Below the pieces are notes generated by a model. That model ran no database searches. It worked only from the letters and a program-made list of their open reading frames with translations, and was not told the DNA's origin. Both the position numbers and the translations under genes were made by a program. A stretch of 64,000 bases of DNA from a virus: positions 32,001 through 96,000 of the IMG/VR virus record IMGVR_UViG_3300020048_000015; one strand, 5' to 3'. Below are positions 47,659-58,210 of the stretch, piece after piece (within the stretch, counting starts at the first letter, position 1; every line of letters begins with the position of its first letter).

Positions 47659-49861
47659 ATTTATTTTTGAATTTATGGTAATTAAGAATTAAATTTTCGT
47701 TTGATTTTTTTGATAGAAAATTTAAAATTTTCGTTTTGGCTTTTTCGTCTTTTATGTAATCAAAAATAAATTTATAAAATTTATTTGAATTATCAATAGT
47801 AATAAGTTTACTAAGTTCAATATTATCTATTTCTTCACTAAGTTTATCATTATTATCAACAAATAAAATTGTTCCATCTCCATTTATGATTTCAGAAATA
47901 AAATCAGTTACTTTTTCCAAATTATCTTTGCTAATAAAATTAAGTATCTTTTGTTTATCTTGTATGAAATACATTCCTATTATATAAGCTACAAAATTAT
48001 CACGACTTTGATTTTCACCTTTATCGTATAACCATTTTAATAATTCTTCTGGCTTATCATCCGGATAAGAAAGTTTAAAATATTCATACCTTTCTTCTGC
48101 ATTACTTGGATTACTTAAATTTGCCTTTTTTATTTCCTTTAGTTTATTAAGGAGATTTTTATCAGTTATTATATCAGTTATTATATCATTAATGTATTTT
48201 TCATCATCAGGAACTTTTGCCATAATTTCTGGATTATCTATTAAATATTCGGCTAATTTATTATTTTGTTTTTTATTTGAACTAAATAAACTTATAATAC
48301 TATATGGTGAAAAAATATTATTAGAAATTAATTTTATTATATCATTTGTGTCACATTTTAATATTAAATCTTCTAACTTTCCATAAATATAAATTGTGTC
48401 TTTAGGTAAAAAATTATTTTTATCTAAATATATTAGTAAAGCTTCTAATTTTTCACTGTTTTTTTCCTCCAAAGCTTTTATTATTGCATATTTACCTAAA
48501 TCTTCTTTGTAATGGTAACTTAAATCAGATACATTTTCTATTATTTCTGATAGACTTACAAAATCGTAGTAATACATATCTTTTAAACTATTTGGATATA
48601 TATCCACATATTTTTTTATCAATGATTTTTTTAAATTATCGTCTTTAAAATAATCATTGGACTTTAATTTTTGAATCTCATCTTTATTCTCTGAATCAAT
48701 TTCTTTCTTTATCTTATGTATGAATAAAATCATAGAAAGAGGTTCCGGAAATAGTCCATATAAATCAAAACTTTGTGAAAGTTTTGATATATTGTAGGAA
48801 ATAGAGTCTATATGATCTTTGGGTATTTCAAATTTTTTTAAATTAGGTTTAAATTCTAATATAAAATCTTCAATTTTTTTTATTTCTTCTTCACCCCCCC
48901 TATATAAAATTTTATATATATAATTATTTATTCGCTCGTCAAGAATAGAAACATCTTCATTATTTTTTTTATGATGAATGTAAATATCAAATATATCATT
49001 ATCATCAAGAATATCAAATATATTAGAATCTTTAAAAAAGTTTAAATCTTCTTTAAAAAGTGTATCCTTCAAGCCTTGACTTATTCTTAACTTACTAGCA
49101 GAATTATCTTTTTCATATTTTATATAATCTATTATTATTGATTTAAATTCATCAACCCTATCTCTACACACTACAAAAATACCATTACCAACAATTGAAT
49201 AAAAATCGGGATCAGTGGCTATTTTTGACCACACTTTTTTTGCTGATGAACTTGCATTATCTTTAGAACTTGCATACCCTAAATGTTTAATGAATTCTTC
49301 ATATATAATATAACCTAATCCAATACCCAGAAATTCATTTGGAATTCCACCACCAAAATGTGTTCTGTTATATTTTTCTTCATCATTGTGACCTATTGTT
49401 ATTACTATATTTTCCAACCTTTTAAAATCAACTTTATTTGGATCAAAATCTAAACTTTTGTATTTTTTATACAAATGCTCAAACCCCTTTGGAAATATCA
49501 CATCTCTTTCTTTAGGGATTCTTGAATCACCATTTCTATCACCTTTAGAAAATCCAGATTTATCATCATATGATTTTTTTATATCCAAATTTCTACCAAG
49601 TTCTTTGAAATTTTTTTTAAAATCTTCTGGGAAATTAACTTTAAAAGTGTTTCCAGTTCTTTCAAATTTCAATCCCCAATTAACACCACTCGTTTTTGAA
49701 GAATCTTCAAATGGTTTTCCATACTTTTTTCTTACTAAACTTAAATTTTTACCATCACTATAACCACTTGATTTTGGTTCAAGATAAGTTCCAATTAAAT
49801 CACTTGATTTTAATTCATAAATACTTTTTATGAAATTTTCAAATTTTTTTATTTTAGCCAT
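47657..49861 (-). CDS. 734-aa protein with leader and a GNAT-like segment
   Basis: MAKIKKFENF; PNEFLGIGLGYIIYE...SSSAKKVWSKI. Confidence 0.6.
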   Translation of the reverse strand: MAKIKKFENFIKSIYELKSSDLIGTYLEPKSSGYSDGKNLSLVRKKYGKPFEDSSKTSGVNWGLKFERTGNTFKVNFPEDFKKNFKELGRNLDIKKSYDDKSGFSKGDRNGDSRIPKERDVIFPKGFEHLYKKYKSLDFDPNKVDFKRLENIVITIGHNDEEKYNRTHFGGGIPNEFLGIGLGYIIYEEFIKHLGYASSKDNASSSAKKVWSKIATDPDFYSIVGNGIFVVCRDRVDEFKSIIIDYIKYEKDNSASKLRISQGLKDTLFKEDLNFFKDSNIFDILDDNDIFDIYIHHKKNNEDVSILDERINNYIYKILYRGGEEEIKKIEDFILEFKPNLKKFEIPKDHIDSISYNISKLSQSFDLYGLFPEPLSMILFIHKIKKEIDSENKDEIQKLKSNDYFKDDNLKKSLIKKYVDIYPNSLKDMYYYDFVSLSEIIENVSDLSYHYKEDLGKYAIIKALEEKNSEKLEALLIYLDKNNFLPKDTIYIYGKLEDLILKCDTNDIIKLISNNIFSPYSIISLFSSNKKQNNKLAEYLIDNPEIMAKVPDDEKYINDIITDIITDKNLLNKLKEIKKANLSNPSNAEERYEYFKLSYPDDKPEELLKWLYDKGENQSRDNFVAYIIGMYFIQDKQKILNFISKDNLEKVTDFISEIINGDGTILFVDNNDKLSEEIDNIELSKLITIDNSNKFYKFIFDYIKDEKAKTKILNFLSKKSNENLILNYHKFKNK

Positions 49862-49902
49862 ATTTATTTATTTAATCATTTACTTATATATTAAAAAAAA
49901 TA

Positions 49903-50121
49903 TTATAAATTTATTTTTTTTATATCATTAATACTAACATCATATGTCTTATTATCTATTTCAACTGTTACTTCATCACCATCTATGGAGATTGGTCTAA
50001 CTTCTGTTGGATTGTCAAATAAGCCTTTAACTATATTAGTTTCAATAGTTCCACCATTTTCTATACATTTTATAATATCTTCTGACTTTATATAATGTTC
50101 AAATACTTTGATATATCTCAT
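49903..50121 (-). CDS. Small protein with leader
   Basis: MRYIKVFEHY. Confidence 0.65.
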   Translation of the reverse strand: MRYIKVFEHYIKSEDIIKCIENGGTIETNIVKGLFDNPTEVRPISIDGDEVTVEIDNKTYDVSINDIKKINL

Positions 50122-50178
50122 TTATAATAATTTTTTTTAATATATATTTTATATATTAAAAAATACTCTTATATTTAT

Positions 50179-51354
50179 ATGTTTATAAAAAATTACAACA
50201 AATTCTTAGAATCTAAAAATCAAAAAACTATGTGGGACATAATTCCAAATTCAGTTAAAGTGTTACATAAATTATTTACAGCTAATAATAAAAAATTATA
50301 TGTTGTTGGTGGTGCTGTTAGGGATTTCTTAAATAACGAAAAACCTAAAGACTTTGACCTTTGTACTGATGCAACTCCAGATGAAGTTATTGATATTCTT
50401 AAAGATTACAAAACTAACCTTCAAGGTAAAGCATTTGGTGTTGTTGTAGTATTTACAGATGACCAACCTGAAGGAATGGAAATTGCAACTTTTAGAGAAG
50501 ATGTTTATGATACTAAATTAGGGAAATCAAGAAATCCAAATAGTGTTAATTTTACAACTATTGATAAAGATGTTAAAAGACGTGATATCACTTATAATGC
50601 TATGTTTTTTGATTTGGATAAAAAAGAAATTGTAGATTTAGTTGGCGGACAAGAAGATATTAAAAACAAAATTACCAAATTTGTTGGTGAACCTTCTGAA
50701 AGAATTATTGAAGATTCACTTAGAATCTTAAGAATTTTGAGATTTTCTTGTAGATACAATTTTTCCATTGATGAAAAAACTGCTGATGCAATTAAAGAAA
50801 ATGCTGATACCCTTAAAATAATTTCAAAGGAAAGAATCTATGATGAAATGAAGAAAGCTTGGAAACAAGCTAAATCATACACAACTTACCTTAACTATTT
50901 TATTGAGTTTGGATTATTTGAACATATATTTCCAAATGCTTTAGTAAATAAAGAAGTTAAAGATTGTAAGTTTTTTGTAACATATATTGCTAACCTTTTT
51001 AAAAATGATAAACTATCAGATTTAGAAAAAAGATTAATTCAAACATATAAATTTGATAGTGATGTTGTTTCTAAAGCATTATTCCTAATTAACTTAGTTA
51101 ATTTATCACCAGATAATGCATTCAACTTATTTAAAATGAAAAACTCTTCACATTGTGAAGATAGTGTTATCCTTGATTGGTTTAATATTAATGATTTAAA
51201 TGATAATATGTTCATTAAATTTTTAGAATATACACCAAGTGTATCTGCTGAAGAATTAATGGCTAAGGGGATAAAAGGAAAGGAATTAGGTGACACTATT
51301 AAAAGAATGGAATCTGATAATTTTAAAAAATTAATTGAAAAAAATGAAAATTAA
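50179..51354 (+). CDS. Class II tRNA nucleotidyltransferase (CCA-adding/poly(A) polymerase family) with leader
   Basis: VVGGAVRD, DFDLCT, EIATFR, DVKRRDITYNA, EDSLRILRILRF, ISKERI. Confidence 0.9.
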   Translation: MFIKNYNKFLESKNQKTMWDIIPNSVKVLHKLFTANNKKLYVVGGAVRDFLNNEKPKDFDLCTDATPDEVIDILKDYKTNLQGKAFGVVVVFTDDQPEGMEIATFREDVYDTKLGKSRNPNSVNFTTIDKDVKRRDITYNAMFFDLDKKEIVDLVGGQEDIKNKITKFVGEPSERIIEDSLRILRILRFSCRYNFSIDEKTADAIKENADTLKIISKERIYDEMKKAWKQAKSYTTYLNYFIEFGLFEHIFPNALVNKEVKDCKFFVTYIANLFKNDKLSDLEKRLIQTYKFDSDVVSKALFLINLVNLSPDNAFNLFKMKNSSHCEDSVILDWFNINDLNDNMFIKFLEYTPSVSAEELMAKGIKGKELGDTIKRMESDNFKKLIEKNEN

Positions 51355-52087
51355 TAGATTAAATTATATTAAAGATACTGTTGGAAACAACTATCTTGGA
51401 ATAAAAATACCACAAACAATTGTTCAGCCTTTCCTGGATATATTAAAAAATATAATAGGTGTTGAAGATTATGATATATATGTTAAGAATCAACAAAATA
51501 GAGATCATGGATCACATCACATTACTGTCATTAATGTTATGGACTATAATAACTTATCTAAGGAATTTGGCATTGATAAATTTGTTAGTTCATTAGATGC
51601 TGCTTTTGATTATAATATAGATGATCTTAAATTGATGGGTGTGGGTAAAGCAGAAAAGTCAGGAAACTGTGCTTATTTTATTGTAGTAAATTCAGAAAAA
51701 TCAGATGCTATAAGAACTAGATATAATCTACCTAAACAAGATTTTCATATAACAATTGGATTTAAATATAAAGATGTATTTGGTGTTAGAAAAAATGAAG
51801 TTATTAAAGAGCATGAACCATTTCTAAAAATACTAAAGAAATACTATTATGATTACAACGAAAGGTTTGAATTCATAAAAGAAATTGATGGATTTGATTT
51901 AGACACTGAAAAAGAAATTGAACCAATTAAAATTGAATCTACTTATGCTACATTTAGAATAGATAATGTTTATTTTAATGTTAGTTTAATAGATGATAAT
52001 TTTAGAATAACTGCTCAATGGGATGGATCTGAAAAAAAACCTATATTAGCTAATACACTAATAGCAAAAAAATTTAAAGAAATATAA
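51344..52087 (+). CDS. 2H phosphoesterase
   Basis: Two HxT motifs (HHITV, FHITIG) about 80 aa apart. Confidence 0.75.
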   Translation: MKINRLNYIKDTVGNNYLGIKIPQTIVQPFLDILKNIIGVEDYDIYVKNQQNRDHGSHHITVINVMDYNNLSKEFGIDKFVSSLDAAFDYNIDDLKLMGVGKAEKSGNCAYFIVVNSEKSDAIRTRYNLPKQDFHITIGFKYKDVFGVRKNEVIKEHEPFLKILKKYYYDYNERFEFIKEIDGFDLDTEKEIEPIKIESTYATFRIDNVYFNVSLIDDNFRITAQWDGSEKKPILANTLIAKKFKEI

Positions 52088-52359
52088 TGTTGAATAAATA
52101 TTACAGCTTAGATGAATGTTTTGAACAAGATGCAGTATTTGATTATTTAGAACTCTTAGAAGAAAATAATAAAATAGAATTTGAAATAATAGATAATGAT
52201 ATTATAAAAATAAAAGATACTGGTCTTCTTTTAAAAGAAACAAAGAATTTAATTAAGTTCTTTGAAGATAATGATGTAATTGAATATAAAGATTTTGATG
52301 ATGAAGATGATTTTGAAGATGATGAAGATGAAGATGATTTTGAAGATGATGATTTTTAA
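52087..52359 (+). CDS. Small protein with an Asp/Glu-rich tail
   Basis: DDEDDFEDDEDEDDFEDDDF. Confidence 0.7.
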   Translation: MLNKYYSLDECFEQDAVFDYLELLEENNKIEFEIIDNDIIKIKDTGLLLKETKNLIKFFEDNDVIEYKDFDDEDDFEDDEDEDDFEDDDF

Positions 52360-52377
52360 AAAATAAATGAAAATAAA

Positions 52378-52983
52378 TTGAAACACTTAAAATTATTTGA
52401 ATCTTGGGTAAATACACCAACATTCTATAGACTTTCCCATTATGATTTATTAAATGGTAATTCAAATGGTGAATATCAACCAACTAAAAGAGTCCGAATG
52501 ATTGGACCATCAATAATCAATGATGCACTTGTGAATAAAGGATTTCCTGATAAAACTAATTGTGTACATTTTATGGATGAAAAAGCGTTTAATGAAAGTG
52601 GTGTAACAATGGTTAATATTTGGGGTAGAAATTCTTATGAAGTAAAAATTGATGATAATTCTATTATAGCGTGGACTTTTTTACTTAATATAAATGATTG
52701 GTATTTAAAGAGCAGTTCATATAGATATTATTCAGATGAAAAGATAATAAAAGATTTGAAAATTAGTGGATATGATGAAGTAGAAACTGCAACAGACGAA
52801 TATGATGATATAGATATAGAATCCACTAAAATTGAACAAATTGAAAGTATGACAGATTTATTGGTTAGTAACGAAGTTATAGGGTTTGGGAAAATTGATG
52901 ATTTAAAAAAATCAAAATATTATAATCAATATAGACTTTTTGCTTGGACTAATGACAAAGTATATCTAAATAAAATAAAATAA
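52378..52983 (+). CDS. Hypothetical protein with leader (TTG start)
   Basis: MKHLKLFESW. Confidence 0.65.
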   Translation: MKHLKLFESWVNTPTFYRLSHYDLLNGNSNGEYQPTKRVRMIGPSIINDALVNKGFPDKTNCVHFMDEKAFNESGVTMVNIWGRNSYEVKIDDNSIIAWTFLLNINDWYLKSSSYRYYSDEKIIKDLKISGYDEVETATDEYDDIDIESTKIEQIESMTDLLVSNEVIGFGKIDDLKKSKYYNQYRLFAWTNDKVYLNKIK

Positions 52984-52987
52984 AAAT

Positions 52988-53077
52988 ATGATTGTAATTA
53001 CAGAAAAAGCAAAAGATCAATTAATCAAATTGATGAATGAACAAAATATTGATTATAATTTAAGGGGACGAAGATGA
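52988..53077 (+). pseudogene. Possible truncated IscA/HesB-like N-terminus
   Basis: MIVITEKAKDQLIKLMNEQN...LRG then stop. Confidence 0.4.
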
Positions 53078-53213
53078 TTTTTAAGATGATTATTTCTAAA
53101 AAATAAAATTAAAAATGCGAAAAGAAAAAATTATCAGTGAACAAGAAAAAATTAGAAAAATAAATTTTCTAATCAATTTGGGCTATACATTAGAAGAATC
53201 AAATCAAAACAAT

Positions 53214-53247
53214 AAAAAAAACCACCTAAATTTTAGGTGGTTTTTTT
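53214..53247 (+). terminator. Intrinsic terminator
   Basis: aaaaccacctaaa/tttaggtggtttt. Confidence 0.75.
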
Positions 53248-53273
53248 ATATATACTAAAAATAAATAAAGAAT

Positions 53274-55046
53274 ATGAATAATAAATATAACAACACATTT
53301 ATATTAACATCAATAATTATGTTTATATTCCTTTTAATAAAACCACTAACAATATTTGATGTTATTACTATTTCAAAATTTTTAGAATGGATTGAATTTG
53401 TATGTTTTTTAATATTCATACCAACCTTTTTTATAATATTATATGATCTAAAAATTAAAAATAAAATAGATGTAAATAAAATAATGTATCTAAAAAGATT
53501 AAATAATGTTTTAATATCACAATCAAAAGATAGTCTATTTTACAATGGTGATTTAGAAGAAGAATCAAAAGAAATAATAAAGGAAATTTCAACAACCCTA
53601 AATATAGATAGATCTTCTATATGGTTATATAGCAATAATAAAAAAACACAAATAATCTGCCAACAATTATATTCAAAGAAAAATGATTCTTATACACAAA
53701 ATATAAGAATACCTACTAAAAAGCATGAATCATATTTCAATGCATTAAATAATAAGATTACAATAATCGCCAATAATACAGAAACAAATCCATTAATAAA
53801 ATCATTCTATATTGAATATTTAAAACCATTAGGTATAAAATCAACAATGGATATTCCAATTATTTATAATGGGGATGTAAAAGGTGTTATATCTATTGAA
53901 AGTTTTGATAAAAGATCTTGGAAAGAAGAAGAAATAAACTTTGTTCAAGTATTATCATCATTATATTCATTAGCTTGGTCAATAAATAAATCCAATGAGT
54001 TAAATAATAGAATAAAAGTAAAAGAACAAGAAATAAGAAACAAAATGAATGCCATAAATAAATCAAATTTAGTAATGGAATTAGATTTAAACGGATATGT
54101 ATTAAATGCAAATGATAATTTTTTATTATTAACTGGTTATGATAAAAATGAAATAATAGGTAAAAAATATACAACATTCACAAAAATTGATAATTCTTTT
54201 ATTTGGGAAAAATTAATGAAAGGTGTATATCATTCTGATAAATTTGAAATTCTTAAAAAGAACGGAGATTATATTTGGATAAGAGCTACTTATAATCCAA
54301 TTTTAGATGTAGAAGGTAAAATCTATAAAATAATTAAAATTGCAGTTGATATAAATGAATCAGTTTTACAAAGAGAAGAAATTGAAAAGAAAAACATATA
54401 TTTAGAACATGCAGCTAAAATAATTAGACATGATATGCATTCTGGTATAAACACATATCTACCAAGAGGTATATCATCATTAGAAAGAAGACTACCAAAG
54501 GAAGATATTGAAAGACTTAAATTAGAATCACCATTAAAACTATTAAAAGAAGGTCTTAAACATACACAATTAGTTTATAAAGGAGTTTATGAATTTACAA
54601 ATTTAGTTAAACATAATTCTGAATTAAACAAGACAGAATGTAATATAAAACAAATATTACAAAATTATTTAACATCAACTGTATATTTATCACAAGTATT
54701 ATTAGATGATAATTTACCAATAATACAAGTAAATGAATCACTTTTTTGCACAGCTATTGATAATTTAATAAGAAATGGATTAAAATATAATGATAGTACT
54801 AATAAATTCGTTAAAATCTATTCTGAAAATAAATATATAGTAATTGAAGATAATGGTAGAGGTTTATCACAGGAAGACTTAGATAATTATAGTAAACCAT
54901 ATTCAAGAAGAAAAGATCAAAAAGAATCTGGAACTGGGTTAGGATTGAATATATGTTTAGCAATATTAAAAGAACATGGATTCAGTATAACAACAGAAAA
55001 GGTTATTCCAAATGGAACAAAAATTAAAATTAAAATTTATGATTAA
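53274..55046 (+). CDS. Sensor histidine kinase (2 TM, GAF, PAS, His-box, HATPase)
   Basis: IRHDMHSG, DNLIRNGLKY, EDNGRG, GTGLGL; PAS NDNF..TGY..EIIG; GAF STMDIPI. Confidence 0.88.
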   Translation: MNNKYNNTFILTSIIMFIFLLIKPLTIFDVITISKFLEWIEFVCFLIFIPTFFIILYDLKIKNKIDVNKIMYLKRLNNVLISQSKDSLFYNGDLEEESKEIIKEISTTLNIDRSSIWLYSNNKKTQIICQQLYSKKNDSYTQNIRIPTKKHESYFNALNNKITIIANNTETNPLIKSFYIEYLKPLGIKSTMDIPIIYNGDVKGVISIESFDKRSWKEEEINFVQVLSSLYSLAWSINKSNELNNRIKVKEQEIRNKMNAINKSNLVMELDLNGYVLNANDNFLLLTGYDKNEIIGKKYTTFTKIDNSFIWEKLMKGVYHSDKFEILKKNGDYIWIRATYNPILDVEGKIYKIIKIAVDINESVLQREEIEKKNIYLEHAAKIIRHDMHSGINTYLPRGISSLERRLPKEDIERLKLESPLKLLKEGLKHTQLVYKGVYEFTNLVKHNSELNKTECNIKQILQNYLTSTVYLSQVLLDDNLPIIQVNESLFCTAIDNLIRNGLKYNDSTNKFVKIYSENKYIVIEDNGRGLSQEDLDNYSKPYSRRKDQKESGTGLGLNICLAILKEHGFSITTEKVIPNGTKIKIKIYD

Positions 55047-55476
55047 TTCAATATTATTAGTGGATGATGAGGATTTATTCCATTTAGTATTTGAAGATGC
55101 TTGTAGTTTATTAGATATAACACTATCATTAAAAAGTATAAATAGTGCTGATGAAGCAGAAATATTATTTAAAAATTGGTTTGAAACAAAAGAATATTTA
55201 AAAAGACCAGAATGTGTATTTGTTGACTTAAATATTGTTGGATCAACATTTGATGGGATTGAACTTATTAAGAAAATAAATTTTCAATATGGTAATAATG
55301 TTGTTATTGGAATTATATCTTCATCTGATGATATAACAGAACAACATAAAGCAAAAGATGTGGGTGCGCAATTTTGGATTATCAAATCAGATGATATTGA
55401 GCCAAGATTGGAACAATTTAAAAAAGATTATGATGGATTCAAAACAAAATCTATACCATTTAAAATCTATAAATAA
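55039..55476 (+). CDS. Single-domain response regulator
   Basis: ILLVDDED, VFVDLN, DGIELI, IISSS, IIKS. Confidence 0.88.
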   Translation: MINSILLVDDEDLFHLVFEDACSLLDITLSLKSINSADEAEILFKNWFETKEYLKRPECVFVDLNIVGSTFDGIELIKKINFQYGNNVVIGIISSSDDITEQHKAKDVGAQFWIIKSDDIEPRLEQFKKDYDGFKTKSIPFKIYK

Positions 55477-55477
55477 T

Positions 55478-55933
55478 ATGAAATATTTAAAATTATTTGA
55501 AAATTTTGATCAAACTAAAATTGATGCTATTTGTAAAAAATATGGTATATGGAATTATACAATAAATACTGATGGATCCATTGATGTTAATACTGATGTT
55601 TTATTATATAGAAGAAATCTAACTAAATTACCATTGAAATTTAATAGGGTTTCTGGTTCGTTCCATTGTCAGGATAATTTACTAACCAATTTAGATGGTT
55701 ATCCAAAAGAAATTGGTGGTTTTTCTTTTTATGATCATAATCCAATAACACAAATAATAGATTTATTTGTTAATGCTGACACATATATAGAGTACCAAGA
55801 AACATATAATTTTGTTAGAAAGGATTGTAAAATTGTTAAACACCTTTTAGAAGAAGCTTTAAAGGACTATAATGAATATTATAATAAGAATAAAAAATTA
55901 CCACAAGAAATAAAAGGATATACTTATATATAA
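55478..55933 (+). CDS. Variable LRR-like family, 1 repeat
   Basis: True start MKYLKLFENF at 55478 (151 aa). Confidence 0.85.
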   Translation: MKYLKLFENFDQTKIDAICKKYGIWNYTINTDGSIDVNTDVLLYRRNLTKLPLKFNRVSGSFHCQDNLLTNLDGYPKEIGGFSFYDHNPITQIIDLFVNADTYIEYQETYNFVRKDCKIVKHLLEEALKDYNEYYNKNKKLPQEIKGYTYI

Positions 55934-56577
55934 TGAAATACTTAAAATTATTTGAAAACTTTGATCAATCAACAATTGATGATATATGTGAAGAATATGG
56001 TATAAAAAACTATACTTTAAATGCTGATGGATCTATTGATGTAAATGGTAATGTTTGGTTATTCTGTAAAGATCTAACTGAATTACCATTAAAATTTAAT
56101 AAGGTTACTGGTTATTTCAATTGTTCTGCTAATAAATTAACCAATTTAGAAGGTGCGCCTAATTATGTAGGAACTGGTTTTTTTTGTTTTAATAATAACC
56201 TAACAAGTTTAATAGGTGGTCCTAAAGAAGTCGTTGGTAAATTTTATATAAAAGGTAATTATTTAACCAATTTAATAGGTGGTCCTAAAGAAGTTATTGG
56301 GGATTTTGATTGCTCAGATAATAAATTAACTAGTTTAGATGGATATCCTAACTATATAAGTGGTTATTTTACTCGCAACGAAAATCCAATAGATACAATA
56401 ATTATATTATTTAGAGGTATTAAAACATATTTAGAATACCAAGAAACATATAATTTTATAAGAAAAGATGGTAAAATAATTAAGCATTTATTTGAAGAAG
56501 CAATTAAAGATTATAATGAATATTATGATGATTGTGTTGAAATGCCAGAAAAAATAGAAGGATATACTTACATATGA
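55933..56577 (+). CDS. Variable LRR-like family, 4 repeats
   Basis: Same caps and units. Confidence 0.85.
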   Translation: MKYLKLFENFDQSTIDDICEEYGIKNYTLNADGSIDVNGNVWLFCKDLTELPLKFNKVTGYFNCSANKLTNLEGAPNYVGTGFFCFNNNLTSLIGGPKEVVGKFYIKGNYLTNLIGGPKEVIGDFDCSDNKLTSLDGYPNYISGYFTRNENPIDTIIILFRGIKTYLEYQETYNFIRKDGKIIKHLFEEAIKDYNEYYDDCVEMPEKIEGYTYI

Positions 56578-57095
56578 AATACTTAAAATTATTTGAAAAT
56601 TTTAATCAATCTGAAATTGATGCTATTTGTAAACAATATAAAATACAAAATTACACAATAAATCCAAATGGATCTATTGATGTTGATGGCAATGTTTATT
56701 TACCTTTAAGAAATCTAAATAAACTACCACTTAAATTTAATAAAGTAACTGGTTGGTTTGATTGTTCTGATAATGAATTGAATAACTTAGAAGGTTGTCC
56801 AAATTATGTAGGTGATATTTTTAATTGTGCTTATAATGAATTAACCAATTTAGATGGTTATCCAAAAGAAGTTGGTCGTGGTTTTTATTGGGATGGAAAT
56901 CCCATATCAGAAATTATATATTTATTTGGATATAGTATTAAAATTTATTTGGAGTATCAAGAAACATATAATTTTGTTAGAAAAGATTGTAAAATAATTA
57001 AGCACTTATTAGAAGAAGCTTTAAAGGACTATAATGAATATTATAATAGTCAGAAAGAATTGCCAAAAAAAATAGATGGATATACTTATATATGA
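56574..57095 (+). CDS. Variable LRR-like family, 2 repeats
   Basis: Same caps and units. Confidence 0.85.
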   Translation: MKYLKLFENFNQSEIDAICKQYKIQNYTINPNGSIDVDGNVYLPLRNLNKLPLKFNKVTGWFDCSDNELNNLEGCPNYVGDIFNCAYNELTNLDGYPKEVGRGFYWDGNPISEIIYLFGYSIKIYLEYQETYNFVRKDCKIIKHLLEEALKDYNEYYNSQKELPKKIDGYTYI

Positions 57096-57688
57096 AAATA
57101 ATATTATATGATAACACCAAAAAACAATTGATTGATTTATATAACAATCAAAATATCCATATTGAAGGAAATATATTAAAACTTATTGATACATCAAATG
57201 ATGTTGAATTTGAAGAATATATAAATAAATTCATAGAAAACGATAAAGATATGAGAAGAAAACGTTTAGTAATTACTAAACGTGTTCAACAACAAAATAA
57301 TGAATTATTGAAAGCAAAGGATGAATATGAAAGAATACAAACTGAATTAAGTCAATCATTAATAAAAACCCAAGAGTCTGCCATTGAAGCTGAAAAACTT
57401 AGAAAAGAAGCAGAAAATGCAAAAATAGAAGCAGAAAACGATTTAGATATTTTACAAAAGAAAAAACAAAATGAATTAATCGGTAAAATAGTAGTAGTTG
57501 CTTTATGGATTATAATAGGTGTTGGTATAGTAACAACAGGTGTTTATTTATTTTCAATATTTAGTGGAATTGATACACAATTAATAGCCTCAACATGGAG
57601 TAACATCATTGGTATATTATTAACAAATGCATTTAGTATAATTGGTACTATTATGGGTGTTAAATATGCAAGTGAAATGAAAAAATAA
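57092..57688 (+). CDS. Coiled-coil protein with two C-terminal TM helices
   Basis: E/K/Q heptads then two hydrophobic segments. Confidence 0.7.
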   Translation: MKIILYDNTKKQLIDLYNNQNIHIEGNILKLIDTSNDVEFEEYINKFIENDKDMRRKRLVITKRVQQQNNELLKAKDEYERIQTELSQSLIKTQESAIEAEKLRKEAENAKIEAENDLDILQKKKQNELIGKIVVVALWIIIGVGIVTTGVYLFSIFSGIDTQLIASTWSNIIGILLTNAFSIIGTIMGVKYASEMKK

Positions 57689-57774
57689 AATAGAAATGAA
57701 AATTAAATTATTTAAGGATTTTATCATAAATGAATTAAAGTCAAATACATATTAATTTAATTAGTTTTTTCATA

Positions 57775-58158
57775 TTATCTTCTATGATTTATTGGCATAT
57801 CAGAAACAATTTGAACTTGAATACCTAAATTATGCCCATCAATATCTAAGTCTTTATATTCTGAATTAGAATAATGTATATTTCTACTATCAAATGTAAT
57901 TGCTTTTGGTCCATACATTTTTTGGTGTTCAATTTGTTTCTTTTCTTGTTCTTGTTTTAATTGCAAATTATATAATTCATCAATAGTCATTCTATTATAT
58001 GGATTATCAACAATAGGTTGTTCAATAGGTTTATTATATTCTGGATTTTTATATCCATATTTAGCCAACAAAGCAGCAGCCTCAGCACTTGAAACATCAA
58101 CATTATTTGTTGTTTCTACTTGTTGATTATCTATTATTCTTACTTCTGGTTTATGCAT
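57775..58158 (-). CDS. Hypothetical protein
   Basis: ORF. Confidence 0.65.
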   Translation of the reverse strand: MHKPEVRIIDNQQVETTNNVDVSSAEAAALLAKYGYKNPEYNKPIEQPIVDNPYNRMTIDELYNLQLKQEQEKKQIEHQKMYGPKAITFDSRNIHYSNSEYKDLDIDGHNLGIQVQIVSDMPINHRR

Positions 58159-58210
58159 TTAATTTATTATTTTTATAAAATCTCTAAATTTAAGTATCAT
58201 TTTTTTTAAA

